Below are positions 33,110 to 47,138 of a DNA stretch of 64,000 nt, piece after piece. Location of the stretch: NCBI RefSeq assembly GCF_002105155.1, contig NW_019028982.1, positions 868,001-932,000 on the forward strand, in the 5' to 3' direction. Positions within the stretch are counted from its first letter, which is position 1. Every line of letters begins with the position of its first letter. This DNA comes from Lobosporangium transversale (Eukaryota). Made by a program: the position numbers and the translations under genes. The notes under the pieces are model-generated. The model had not been told where the DNA came from. It saw nothing but the letters and a program-made list of their open reading frames with translations, and did not search any database.

Positions 33110-35435
33110 TTAGTCATCCCAGTTCTCATCATCACTCTCATCTTCATCATCACTTCCTGCGACACGCGATTTCCTCATCTGCAGCGCAGCCGCCAGTGCA
33201 GACGCCAAATCACCACCATTACCTTCAGGTTCCTCAGCGACTGCAGCAGGTGGCGGCGGAGTACTACGGGCAGGCGAGGATGACGAAGGTTGATCGTGCA
33301 GACCTGTCTTGCGCAATACACCAATGCCGCCAGCGCCTCTGATACTCTCCAGTAAATTTGACCGAGCATCCATCTTTGCTCCAGTCGGAAGTGCAATGCC
33401 AGGCGCTCTAGCGCCTCCAGGTGGTGGTGGGGGCGGCGGCGGGCCCCCAGCGCCGCCCATAGGAGGAGGCGGAGGTGGAGGGGGAGGAGGAGGAGGACCA
33501 CCAGCGCCACCCACTGGGGGAGGTGGAGGTGGAGGTGGAGGAGGAGGACCGCCAGCACTTATTGGGGGTGGGGGTGGTGGTGGTGGTGGTGGTGGTGGTG
33601 GAGGAGCTCCACCAGAGCCACCAAAGTTGCCAACTGGTGGAGGAGGAGGCGGTGGTGGCGCACTTCCTGATGGCTGGAATGGTGGGGGTGGGGGAGGTGG
33701 AGGCGCGGCTGCAGGAACAAAAGCCCCACGAATGGGTGGAGGAGGCGGAGGTGGCGCATTATTGGATGATGATGGTGCGTATGAGGGACGAGGTGGAGGT
33801 GGAGGAGCAGCCTGGACCTCACGAGCAGGCGTTGGAGGCGGTTTGGGTGGTTCGGGCGAAGGAGGAGCAACTGCCGCAGGGGTAGGCTCACGACTCGGCA
33901 ATGCTGGTGGGGCATTAACAGCTGGGGCTGGAGCTGGGGTTGGAGTAGCGATGCGCGAAAGGCGTGAGGGAGGTGGAGGTGGGGGAGCGCGACGTGAGGC
34001 TGGAGGTGGCGGTGGTGCAGGCTTGACCGTCGGCTTCATAACAGGTAGCACCGATGCTGGCGGCACAGCTCCAGAGGACGGTACACGTTTATGCGCTGAT
34101 GCTCCTTGAGTCGAACGTGTACCACCACGGCTTGTAGGCGCAGCAGGGGCAGGTTTTGGGTCTGGACCACCACGAGCTTTCACAAAATCGCTGATAAACT
34201 CGGCTTCATTTTGAATCTCTTCCCGACTAAGCCCTTGCTTTTCCAGATCTTCAAACAGCTTTCTCCATGCGGGGTCTTCGGGATCGATGTTTTGAACCTA
34301 ACAGTAACAATAATAACGACATTAACATAAAAAAAAAGAATAGAGATATAGTGTGAGATGACATATTAAAAGCTGAGCATTCATAAAAAAGATTATCTAT
34401 TAACCTATACACATACAGTGAAGCCTTTGTTTGAGTCCCATCCAACATGGCTCAAGTGTCGAAAGTTAGAAGGCAGTCCAATAAGAGTCTTATCTAGCTT
34501 GCCTTTGCTGCCCTTTTTCTCCTTCTTGCCACTGAAGAAACCGCTCTTTCTCGACCGAGGTGTGCCGCCTATTGATATTAGCACATTTTTAATGATGAGC
34601 TTTTTAGGAACTACGCCTCCAATTCTTGTTGTATGCGCCGCCCGTTTCGGCAGAGCATAATATTTAAGGATGATCATTATGAAAAATGGGTATTACCTTT
34701 CTTGAGCGTATCACGATTCGTGACCTTTTTGTAAAAAACACCCGCTTCTTGATCATCAGCAAAAGAGAATGCAGCCAAACAGTTCTAAAAAGAAGTCCAC
34801 AATCCCCAAGAGTATGCGCAGTTAGAATTGAGCTGTACAGTAATACCAAGATGCAAAGAGTTTCCATAAGAACATTTTAATGATGACTTACATCAAGTGC
34901 AAAAGTATGGAAGAACGATCGTTCCTGAACGTACTCAAAGTCTTCGTACAACTCCTGTTCCCAGATGACCCCTCGTGAAGTCTAGAAAGTAGATAAAATG
35001 TGCCAGCAATGACAATGATTGTAATATAAGTATATCATTGTGAGCAAAAGAGCTAAACAGCAATTGTCCACAATTGTTCAATTGGAGTGCAAAACCATGA
35101 AAAATAGCTATATCGTCACTCAATCATACCATAAGGTCCACAATGCGAAAGTAAAATGTATTCTTGGTCTGCACAAAGGCTAGACCGCCCATAATGCCAG
35201 AGTAGGTCCATGAGTTCGGGTCCGGATAGGCGACATACAACCGAGCGACTGTTGCAGTAATGATTTTCTAAAGATGGTAAAAGTTGGTCAAAAATAAAGA
35301 GATGAATTGTCAATCAACATGGATGGTTGAGCTGGAATGCCTCTGTAACAGAATGAGTCTTACTTGAGTTGTTGAAGGCAAGGCACGCTTAATAGCGGCC
35401 TTGTCTTCTGGATTGTGCAGAGTTACACTTGGCAT
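33110..35435 (-). CDS. LAS17: WASP-family Arp2/3 activator (WH1, CRIB, polyproline, WH2, central, acidic), multi-exon
   Basis: MPSVTLHNPEDKAAIKRALP start; WH1 exons; IGLPSNFRHLSHVGWD CRIB; polyproline; RSNLLESIRGAGGIGVLRKT WH2; DLASALAAALQMRK; DDENWDD. Confidence 0.92.
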
Positions 35436-35782
35436 GGCAAGCAGTGACTCTTAGTATTCTCGTGGTTGAATACGTGCAAGAAGGGTATGTTTTTAAATGA
35501 AAGGGTAATCTTTTTCTTTATTTCTCTTTTTCCTTTGTGAAATTAAAGATGAATGTTAAACGAAGCAATTGAAATGGTATTTTTTATTTTGAGAGATAGA
35601 AAGAAAGAGAGAGCGGGAGAGAAGAGCAACAGCCCGTGTTACTAAATTACTGTGCTCTTGACAATGAGCCATTTATAATATCACGTCACAATTGCTTGTT
35701 TAATTAAACGATCTTGTCATACTCTTGATCTAAAAAAGTGTGGACCAAACTATTATAGCATCGAAAAGCGGTGCCGCCTTAT

Positions 35783-37372
35783 TTATAATGGCTGGCGCAG
35801 CCTCCAATGGGGTTTGGTATCGTCTTCTTTGATGGCCTTTTCACCAACTGCCTCTACTAACTGCTTCTTGAGTGATACGAACGTTCTACCAGTTTCGTCA
35901 TTATCTTCATTCACCAGCTCAAACACCTGCAGAGCATCTGCTTGCGTCTCACCCTTTTCCTTGCGGGCTCGTGCAAGCGCACGCTGGGCCTCCTCAATCT
36001 GCGACTTTTCCTTGGAGGCTGTTGCATAGTCTTTGTTGTTGATCGCATTCGTAACATCGGCCCAAAGTCTGTGCGACTCCAATGGGCCCAACTCTGCCAA
36101 AGGCTTGATCTCTGGAGGAACACTTTTGTCCGCATCCGAGTCAAAGAACAAAAAGGTCTCGTTTTTCTTGACATCGGTGCAGTTGGAAGCTCCACTCCAA
36201 AGACCCTGGGCTGTGTAAAAGGGGCTGCCACCATTGATGGGCTTGAGGGTTGCCTTGAAACTATGGCGTTCTCCTGAGAAGTATCCTCTGGTACTATATT
36301 CAATTGTTGTTAATAATCCAGTGCTGCTGATAATATAGGTTGTTCCAGAGAGCTCCACATAAGGGCGTCCAGTCATCATACCACGAATATTGAGTGAAGG
36401 TAGCGTGATGAGGTAATGCTCGTTGAAGTGAGGCAGGGTCAGAATGGCATGACCAGTCTGTGAGACATCAATGCCTGCAGGTATAGCATAGCGTGACTTT
36501 TGACCGCAGTGTCCCTCCAATTTGACGCCTGCTTTCTTATTCTCAAGGTGGAAACCCATAATCTTGTTAAAAAAGAAGAGGAAACAAAAAACAAAAAAAA
36601 AAAAAAAAAAAAAAAAACAAAGTAAACAACTGATCGATATTTTCGATGACAAAGATAAAAACAATAAGCAGCATACAAATATCAGTGAAGCATTTAATAA
36701 TATAGACTCTTCTTATTGAAGGAAACTTACAGGTGGATGATGGCTGACTTGCTCAGCCTTCAAGATCGTATCGCCAGTTTCCTCATCGCCAGTCCACTTT
36801 GCAAAGTATTGTTCGCCAAGGATAGGGTTGTATGGCTTCTTCTCCATACCGGCGGTAGTAGATCGGGAAGTATAGGAGCCATAGAGGGTGGAGATGAACC
36901 AACGAGTAGCGTTCAAAAGACGCTCCTGAGGAGTACTTCCCTTGGAGATGGATGCAAATAGTTTGGGATGATCGCCCCAATATTGACTATTATATTAGGT
37001 AATAACAATTTGTCAAAAATGGGCACAGATGATTTAAATTGATTCTCGTGATTAAACATCATGTATCCTCATGCTCCTCACGTCCAAGCAGGTGTCTCCA
37101 TCATTCTCTGAAGATACAAAAAGAGAAAAAGAAAAGAAAACCCAAGATGGTATGAGTCTGATATAAGGCTTAGATAGGCCAGCTATGCCAATTAGGCTTT
37201 ACCTGTATTCGAGTAAACTGACGGAGCTCAAGAGAAAGCTAGGGCATGTGAGACTTGAAAGATCCCCAGAGAACTGAGCGAGAGTGGCGATAAAAGAGCG
37301 GAGAGAGTCTTTTTGTTCAGCAGGCACTTCAACAGGTGTGTCCTCGGGATTGGTGTCTTTGCTGGAGCTCAT
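35783..37372 (-). CDS. KES1: Oxysterol-binding protein, short Osh4/Kes1-like, multi-exon
   Basis: FSGDLSSLTCPSFLLSSVSLLEY, EKKPYNPILGEQY, signature EQVSHHPP, ESHRLW, KSQIEEAQR. Confidence 0.88.
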
Positions 37373-37965
37373 AGTTAAAGAGTGCTTGAGAGATTGATAG
37401 GGAGATGAGATGAGGCGAGGTTGTTGATTGAAAACGATGAAATGGAATAAAGAAAAAAAGAATGGGGACGACGGATTTTCTTTTTTTAAAAAAAGGGGGA
37501 CTTGCTGTGGTCTGCACTGTCTTTCTACGTCACTTTTTTTTTTTTTTTTAAAGCACCGGAAGACAAATCCCATAAAATGTCTTTACGCGGGGGTAAAAAA
37601 AAATTTCATTGATTGGTGTAAGCAGTTGTCCTGTAATCCGTGCTCCCCTGATGTGTCTCGAAAGCTGTAGCAGTCTTGCAACGGTCCTTCCTCCTTTCTG
37701 TCCTACTTGCTTGCAACTCCTTTGTCTTTCCTCCCTCTCTTTTCTTCAAATACACTTTCCTTACTCTCTCATTCCATTCGACTGTCCCTGTTCCACTTTA
37801 GTCTCTTCTCCCTTACTGTTGCATTCTCATTCTTTATTCACATTTGCCTCTTCTGTCAATTCTCACTAGACACTCATTCTCCACACACGTTGGACTCTTC
37901 CGTCCTTTTAACTGCTCCTTCAACGCCCAAGTGATCCTATTTTCCCACCCACGCTCTCCTTTTTC

Positions 37966-38599
37966 ATGGCACCAAAGGGATATACCTTCTGTTATTATGT
38001 GTCTGGTCATGGTATATAGTGACTCGAAAGAAGAGACCTGCTGTCATTATTATCAAAAGAACAAAAAAAAACTTTAATATATAAAAGTGTCTTATATTAC
38101 TTTGAAAGTTATTCTAATTTAGTCTAATGGACGACTTTTTTTTTTTTTTTTTTTTTAATCACCTTGCTACAAAAAAAAAAGGGTTTGGTCATGCAACACG
38201 CGTGAATCAGATTATCACTGAACTCCTCCACTCTTCCACGTCTTCAGTCTCAACAGCCGTGTCAGATGGACCTCTAACCTCTGTCAAGGGATCAAACAGC
38301 ACGTCAGGATCCACAGAGGGATTGTTTGTGAACTCTTCAGCTGCAGAACCTGTGCCTACAGCCACAACGACAATCACTACCACAATTACTCGAACAATCT
38401 CTAGGCATACCATATACATAGTCTCGGATGCACCCCAGTTTATATTCCAAGATGTGATTGCATTAGGCGCCATCTATCGCAACGCAAAAGTCGATTCTGG
38501 TGTTGTCCAACCACTGGTAAAGTAATAATGTCATGTCTTGTCATATTGTCATAGCACAGATCAATCGGATGTGATCATTTTTACAACAATTTCCAAATT

Positions 38600-38636
<37 letters not shown>

Positions 38637-40530
38637 CGCCTTTTGGTCATTCCGGTAAAACTCTTTTAGGCTTACTCGGTCGACCGACAAAAAACAATAG
38701 AGGGTGTCAAGAGCTTTTTAGCAAAGCGTGAAGAAATGATTAAACATGAGGTTTCATGGCTAGCCCAAGTTGGCGCCAACTGCGTACTTGCAGATGCTCC
38801 TTTCCTGCCATGGTAAGAAACAACTTTTTCTGTTTTATACTTACTATTTCTAGCAACCTTAAATTTTAAACTAATGCTTGTACTGAATTATCAATGACTT
38901 TATCATAAGCGCTGCCGCATATGCATATGGAATCCCTGCATGCTTGATCACCAATTTTACATTTGATGAAGTCTATCGCTTTCTAAGAGAAGGAGACCCA
39001 ATGGATAGGGATGTTATCGCGTGCGCAGATGCGGCTCTGGAGGATTATAAGAAAGCATCTCTCTTGCTAAGGTTACCCGGATCAATCGATATTCCTTCAT
39101 TTGCGGATGAAATCTTGACACTAGAATCAGGCGTACCTTTGACCGTGAGGAAACCTTTTGTTGGCAATGCAAATGAACAAGGAATTAACAATGCTGCTTT
39201 GGATAAAACTGACCAGCAACCTCAGCAGAATGGAAATGACCAATATGATTTAATCCATCGCATGGACAGTCAACTTCATTTGCATTCATCTCGTAGAAAC
39301 CCTCCACTGTCCATTGATACGTCTACAGCAGTTCCAAAACATACGGGAATGCAGCGTCGCGCCATTGATGTACCATTGGTTGTTCGTAAGGCAATTAACA
39401 CTCGCGAGGATGTTCTTCGGTCTCTGGGTGTAGATGAGGAGACTATTCGAACAAAGAAGATGGTTTTAGTTTCATTTGGTGGTCAACGATTGAAGCAAGG
39501 ATGGGGGAATCCTTTGCCTGATGGCTGGATAGGCGTAATCTGCGGTTTGCCTGTTTCACACGAGCTGCCGGACGGATTCTATAGAAGCCCACATGGTGTT
39601 TACGTGCCTGATTTGACCCATGCTGCTGACATTGTCATTGGTAAATTGGTGAGTATAACAAATGGTTCAGCTTTTATAGCTTTGTTCACACCATGACTTG
39701 GCTTAATATCTATCATTTTCAGTTTCTAAACGTTTCCAAACTTTGCTTGATGGCCTATATAGGGCTATGGAACATGCTCCGAGTGCATTGCGCATGATAC
39801 CCCACTTATTTATGTTTCAAGACCACAGTTCGTGGAAGAGCATGGTTTAATCAAATTGATGATTAATCACGGTTTACCTGTTGAAATGACCGCAGAAGAA
39901 TTCGAGACAGGACTCTGGCAGCGATCCATCTTGGAAGCAGACAGGCTAGCACAAGAAGAAAAAGAAGGCAGGCGGCTATATCTAGAGGCACTTCATGAAG
40001 AAGAAATCGAGAAGAACCAAAAGTCTATCCATCACAATATTGATCAAGAATCAGCGGGTATTCCGCAGTTGGAGAAGACAATGCCTGACCATGATCAAGA
40101 ACACAACCACTATGTTCGAAGGAGATCGTCCATTGCGTATGGCAATCCGTTACAGCGCCGAGCCTCAAAAGCAAAATCACTAGCAGAATCTGTCAATATG
40201 GCTGAGATGGCAAGAGGCGGACCGATTTCACCACCTATCCATGATGATGATTTGCCATTATTATCGCCTGCACGATCTAGGAGATCAGCATCTATCACAT
40301 CTTTGACTTCAGCAACATTTCGATCAAGAACTATTAATCATAATGATAGCGATCCTGCAGCTGGCGCTGTAATACCAGGTGGACGACAGGACCCTTGCCT
40401 AGATGCAAGTATGCCGTCAGTGCCGCGTCCCGCATGGTTCGAAAGGCGAATCCCGCATGATGGTGGCAAAGTCTGTGCACAGCTTGTGGAGGAGTACATG
40501 CGGATATGGGAAGAGCATCATCGGTCCTAA
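37966..40530 (+). CDS. GT-B glycosyltransferase-like protein resembling the N-terminal domain of plant L-arabinokinase, multi-exon
   Basis: FCYYVSGHG|FGHATRV, VDSGVVQP, ITNFTFD, LLRLPG, DVPLVVRK, VSFGGQ, PDLTHAADIVIGKL|GYGTCSEC, YVSRPQFVEEHGL. Confidence 0.8.
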
Positions 40531-40787
40531 ATGAATTTAAATGAATTAATTTATTAATAAAAATGTATATGACAAAAAGATTTAATGGAGCACAAACTAT
40601 TCACTATTGACAAAACTTTAGAAGAATAGCTTTTCCATCATCCATTGCTAAAAGAAAAAGATGGAAAACTAGGAAGGTATACTTTATGAAGATATTTATG
40701 AAATTGAAGAGGAGAGGGAGGACATTCCTTGTCTGGGCCGCGCTCTTTCCAAAATATGTAACCTGCAATACAGTGAATGGTACAACG

Positions 40788-40821
<34 letters not shown>

Positions 40822-40995
40822 CAAGCTTGTATGCTTAATTTGACTAGCTTTAACAGTACAGATTATCAATAGGCTTTATTTATTTAGTATATTACGTTCT
40901 CTCATTATTCTTCAGTTCTATGGTATATGGGTGGAGGAAAAGGCTTGTTGTTGTGGATGTAATAGAATAGTATTTTAGAAAAAAAAAAAAAAAAA

Positions 40996-43361
40996 TCATG
41001 TCAGCGAATTTGTTAGGGAAGCAAGGGTCATTTCCCATGGCGAGGGAATAGAAAAACGTTCCTCCAAAAATGCCTTAAAAATATCACGAGTCTGCTCCTC
41101 TGCTGTTGGATTATTGTCAACATTATCATTGATACAGAAGAAGGTCTCCATCTCTCTCCTGTCCAAGAGCTGCCGGAGAGTTGTTTTGGAAGTTATGGGG
41201 TTATTCAATTGAGTGAATGTGTAAGGCGAAGTAGCCATTACGTAGTTATATTTCATCAAGTCCGCAATAGTAGCCTTGTAGGCTTCTGAAGAGGTGTCTG
41301 AAGGCAAGATCTCATTGGCAAGCCCAGAAGAAGTCGATGTCTGACGAAGCATGTGAAGAAGACAGTCTCCGCACTGGAATTTAGTGAATGCCATTTGTTG
41401 GAACGTAGCTTTTGAAGCATTGTTGTCCATCGATTGGATAGTGCTATTGCTGAAGTCAGGACCTAAGCAATAGTCAATGTCGATCTGACAGAAGCGACCT
41501 TTAATATCATCATAGACGGTATAAGGCGGCCTGTCTTTACTGGTGTGTGTCTCACCCGCAGTTGCATTGGGATATTTTAGCATGAAAGGATATCCATCCA
41601 GACCTGACTGGTGATAGGTTGTGGATCCTGTGGTGGGGTAGCCCATCTGCTGCAGATGATCTTGGTAATTTTCTACGAAGCTAGAGAAGTTGCTCGCGTA
41701 TAATGATGAGGACGAAGATTCCTTTTGTGCTTGGTTCCATGCCTCGAGCCTATGGAGAAACTGTTCGCGTTCTGTCCAATCCAGGATGCCGTCTTGATTC
41801 ACGTCCAGTCGATGGAACCAAAAAGAACTCAGTTGAGTCTCACGCAGCTTTTCAAGGACATAGTGAGCCATGAAGAAGGATACTTGAATGTCCAGGGCTT
41901 CACCCTCTCCTCTGAAACGATGGGAACTGGTTGAAAATATTTCATTTGGCCAAGTAGCTTGAATCTCCTGTAGCATTGGAACACTAAGGACATGAGGGAC
42001 ATGAGCCAAATAGGCTCGATGGCGAAAACCGAACTGCTTCGAGAGCAAGAAATTAGAGTATTGAAGGGAGTTCCATTCACCTACGGAGAGTGATGTCCGG
42101 TCAAGAGGGAGGATCGCTGGTGGAACCAGGAGGGAGGGCTCCATATGAAAGACAAAACCATAGAGAGGTGTCCATATATCTGCAGCCGCCATGGTTCTGC
42201 CTAAAAACACGTCATCATTTAGGTAAAGGAACTAATAAGCAAAAGAGAGGGAGAGGGGGAGAAAGAAAGATGTATAGTTTAGTAAGCAAGGACAAGTAAA
42301 GCGGATTTGATGAATTAAAATAATAAAATAAAAAAGTAAAAAGCGTCCATCTGAGCAGAACAACTCTAATTTTTGTTCACTCGAACCCTTTCTATTAGCA
42401 GGAATGTGAATGGGAAAAATGCACTTACAACGTCCGTGACACCAGGAGTATGATGGATCTGACTTTCAATGGATAAACTGTTGAAGGATGGTAAAACTTG
42501 GGGATCATCAAAGATATCGGTATGAGGTACGAGTTGGATCGCTTCTTTAGATCTTGTTAGGTCTAACCAGGTAGGGATTTGGTTTTCGTCTCTTTCGGGG
42601 TCCACTACAGTAGTCAGGATGTGGATTTTATTAAACATCCCCGTAGCATATTGAGATACCGACCTCACCGAGTACTTTAGTTCATCCATATCACGATATC
42701 TGTTGGCAGTCTGGTCTTCTCGACCCCAAAGTTTCACTCCTCTCTTTTCCCGACGACTCCGACCATCGTTTTCTCTTTCGCTTGCTGATGATGATGATGA
42801 TGATGACGACGTTGCAGTCGACGGTGTTTCCGTCCATCTTTTTGACTGTTCCAGAATATCATCACCACTTAAAGTGTCTCTTCGGTTGTGCAAGTGATAT
42901 TGTTGGAAGAAAGGAGACATATTCTGATACTTGTCCTTCAGAGTTAACAGCTTAGGATCAGATCCATTAACCCACGTGTACACTACATCGATCTGCAAGT
43001 CTTGACCACCTCCATCAGAAGAGGCGTTCAATTCAGGGCCGAGTGTCTGAGCATGAAACCAAGCTGTTATCCATTCAGGTGCATTTCGGAATGGTCTCCA
43101 GGTTGAGGATTCTGTCAATGGACTGGCTTCACGTCGATCGATAGACTGGTCTTCGAATCCGGGTAGATTTGAGCTTCCCTTTAGTAGATCGGTAGAGATG
43201 AATGCCAAAGATGAGAAGTACAGATAGGAGAATAAGTTGAAACAAATGAAGGCAATGAACAGGAAGAGTGTTAAAGTTTTTGCACTGTATGTGCAGTAAT
43301 TGCGTCGGAAAGCATGGTAAAAGGGTCTAGGGGTTGTGGAGAGACTGAACGGAGTGAACAT
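40996..43361 (-). CDS. Stealth-family sugar-1-phosphate transferase (Xpt1/GNPTAB-like), type II membrane protein, 2 exons
   Basis: N-terminal TM; CR1 IDVVYTWVNGSD; CR2 RYRDMDELKYSVRSV..PSFNSLSIE..DV|FLYLNDDVFLG; CR3 AHVPH..HRFR; CR4 FFCINDN. Intron ~42233-42428. Confidence 0.9.
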
Positions 43362-43960
43362 ATTATTGTCGATATTCTACAAAAGGGTTGAATCAGAATA
43401 ACATGAAGCACAAGCATGCAAGCATAGGGAGGAAAAAAAAAATAATGATAGGACAACTGAAGTCGACAAGGCAATTAAGGTAGGAGATACGACGTTGAGG
43501 TTCTGAAGTGTCGATGCTAAAGGAGAAAGGGGGGAAAATTGAATTAAGGAACGAAGATGCGGGAAAATGAAAAGAATCAAGAAAAGGTCAATAAAAAAAC
43601 TAAATGATGGATCGCTCGAGGAAATGAGGCTGTTATGGCCTCGAAGGGGTCCTTATGATGACTATGGATCTAGGACAGCAATCAAAGTCGTTGGGCGAGC
43701 AAGGCGAGGCACACGAGCAATTAAGATGAAAGGGGGAAAAAGGAATAAATTATATGCAGTTCCCTTTTTGGATCAAATCTGGTTACACGATAGCTCTTCG
43801 CATATGATTTATCGTCTGCTCGTTCCGCTTGTTAATCCATATCCTCGCCTTTTCTTTTCTTTTCTTTTCTTCCTTTCTTTTTTTTTTTTGTTGAAGGATT
43901 ATCGAACAAGCAAGAAGCAAGAACTCTCTTTATGTCAACACATCTTTTATTTTTTGCGGC

Positions 43961-43991
<31 letters not shown>

Positions 43992-44205
43992 TTAAGACTA
44001 TCTAACACGAGGTTCTGTGTAAACTTCATGAATAACAGAATTTTTTATACAAATATATACATCGCAATCTTGGAGCCAAATAGGACCAAAGTATTTTGTG
44101 AAGCGAGGCGGGTTTATAGATCTTGTTCAATAAGCAGCGGAATGGGCTATTGTAAATACCGATAAAAGACATAGTAATAATGGCGACATCAACAGTCTGC
44201 TCAAA

Positions 44206-44236
<31 letters not shown>

Positions 44237-45136
44237 CTTCTTTTCCGGCACTGCTTTAATCCGCCCTATAGTTTTTCCTTTGATGTTTATTTTGGATCCC
44301 TTACATAAATCTAAGTTTGACTAATTAGAGGCTGTTGGCTTTTTGATACTAAAAGCTTGTCAATTACAATGTATTTTTAGGTACCTGACATTTCTGCTAA
44401 AAAAAAAAAAAAGAGTTCCACTACGCCATCATATCCATCCAGGATCATGAAATCCGCTCAGGGTTGTCTAAAAAGCAATTAAAAATTTAAACAAACAAGT
44501 CCCTTTAGCTGGATTTTTCGGGGAGGGATGGGTGGGGGGGTGTCCAGTTGGACTGGGATGGAAAATATTTTTTGACTTTTTTAGATTCACAATAATGGAC
44601 CCTTCGTAACCGAACCATCAAGCATGACAAGCATAAATGCAGTATATGTATATACTCATAAACAAGTAATGATATAAATATAGATATATACATGTGTACA
44701 GATATACCCTTGGCATTTTCAGGGACAACTTTGTGCCCCTCCTTCCCTCCCCGTAAAGAAAAAAGCTCACATTGAAAACTGGGGCATCTAAATCAAAGAG
44801 ATGTTTCGTGGGCTATTTCTTAACTTTACCTTTTGTTTGTACCCGGATAAAATGTATCCCTCTGTTGGCGAGGCCATTTGTTCGTCGAAACAAACTTTTG
44901 TGGATCCACACGTGACGTGATGGCGGCTGTGCTATGAAACGGCCACAAAGTGGGGAAAGGGAAAAAAGGGACACAGCGTGGCACAGAAAAAAAAAAAAAA
45001 AAACAGGGGAAAAAGGGATAGGGGTGTCATCGTGTCATCATACCATCACCTTCTTGCATTGCGACCATCTCATCTACCAAGCAGGTGAAGCAAAAGACTA
45101 GGAAACATACCGACAAAAAAGGAAAAGGAAGTTCAG

Positions 45137-45632
45137 ATGCGTAACAACGACCGATGGATCTCCTTTTTAGCATGGTTTCTCATTGGTTTCATCAGTATTA
45201 CATCCCAGCTCTTTGTCTTTTTGCCCTGGCTATTCGGCTCATATGAGGCTCACGGGACATTTAACCGCATCAAAGATGTAGTAAATCATATTGAGTACCT
45301 GAACAACACAATTAACGGGGGTGAGGTCCCCTTGAGACACGATTCACAGTCAGATGTCGGTGTCAGTAGCGCATCAGACCTTCCTTTTATCTTTGGATAC
45401 TTGGTCTTCTTATGGACAAATATGAACGTTCGGGCCTTGTATTACTTGGTCCCATTCAACTTTTCATTGGGAATGCTCTGCTGGAACTATTACTTGACCA
45501 TGATAACTAATCCAGGATCCCCTCCGCTTGACTGGGTAAAGAAAAAAATATATTATCCACGGGCTAATTGGAAAATGATATAAGGCAAAAAGAAAAAAAG
45601 AGATCTTGACTCAAACCTGAAGGATTATGACC

Positions 45633-45670
<38 letters not shown>

Positions 45671-46732
45671 TAGAATCCACCTGCAGATGGATCAGGAATT
45701 GAATATAAGCGATCGACTCATACGCCAAGATACTGTAGTAGTTGTGATGCATATAAACCTCCACGGACGCATCATTGCAGGATATGCAAAAAGTGTATCC
45801 TCAAAATGGATCATCATTGTCCCTGGGTCCATAACTGTGTTGGATACTTCAACTATGGACATTTTGTGCGCTTTATCATCTGGACTACGATTTCAACATT
45901 TATGTGCGCCACCATGCTGATATTTCGATGCATGGAAGCATATGAAAACGAGACGCTGGGCATCGTAAGTTGAACCCTCCTCTCCTAAAAAAAAAAAAAA
46001 AAAAAAAAAAAGTTGTTGGTTATCATCCATTGAATATTATGAGCTTGCTGAAATAACGTTTCATCATTATTACTATCTGTACTATCTTTTACTTCCTTCA
46101 TCAGAGACATAACTTGCCCAGCCCGGAAAAGATTATCTTTATCGTGGTTCTTCTAGCCCTGGATTGTGGTGTCTTTTTGGGGATCAGCTTATTGACAACA
46201 TACCATCTCTGGTGTATATCCTGCAATACCACCACAATCGAAAGCTGGGGAAAGGATCGTATGCTCACCATCATTCGACGTGGCAAGATCAGAGACGTTA
46301 GTGTTTTTTTTTTTTTTTTTTTTTTTTTTAAGCGTCATATATTTAGATTTGCTCCACTCAAGTTTGATATATATCTTCTTTTTTCTTTTTTTTTTCTTTT
46401 TCTTTTTCCTATCTTTTTCTATCTAGATGAAATGCCCTTATAACCAAGGAGTTTTGACCAACTTCCAAGAAGTTCTTGGACATAACCCGCTCCTATGGTT
46501 ATGGCCGAAGCCAATGCTCGGAGATGGGCTACGGTTCAAAATAAGGACCGAAAAGAAAAAAAGCAACATGTTTTTTAAGTCTAGAAGGTTCTCAGAGGAT
46601 GAAGACGAGGACAGTGGTGAGGACAACACAAACCCTACTGGATCTTCTTCTTCATCGAGGCAGCATCTTTGGTTCCGTCCGTTTGATGGAACGCCGCAAC
46701 ATAAGAATGATGAGATGGCCGAAATGGTATAA
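45137..46732 (+). CDS. DHHC palmitoyltransferase (Pfa4-like), multi-exon
   Basis: TNPGSPP, RYCSSCDAYKPPRTHHCRICKKCILKMDHHCPWVHNCVGYFNYGHF, NTTTIE, PYNQG. Confidence 0.9.
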
Positions 46733-47138
46733 AATATCAGGTATCGCAAAGCGCTTCTTCTAAGTAATGTACAGTACAATAAGGAGGAACAAGTATTCTC
46801 TCCTTTAATAAATCATTTTTCTCTGGATTTCATTCCAAGACTGCACAAAAAGATCAAAAGACCAGAGTTACCCCCATTTGTATGCATAATTAACTTTATC
46901 TCATTATCAGCACGATCATCCTTAAAAGAGTTTGAATCTAGGGATTGTGAATAAGCTGATAGCAGATATAAAGTACTAACTGATGTCCTTAATTTTCCTC
47001 CTTTTTACCACCTTTTTTACTACCTTTCATTTATTTCTTTCTAAATCTTTGCATTTTAAAAAACTATAAACTGTTTTAAAATCCGTAGTCGTCCTTTTAT
47101 TCGACTTGGTCAATTAGAGTATTTTGTATTTATATACC

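Noticed and set aside
33309..34109. 266-aa Gly-rich ORF on the + strand
   Set aside because: Antisense shadow of the WASP polyproline region.
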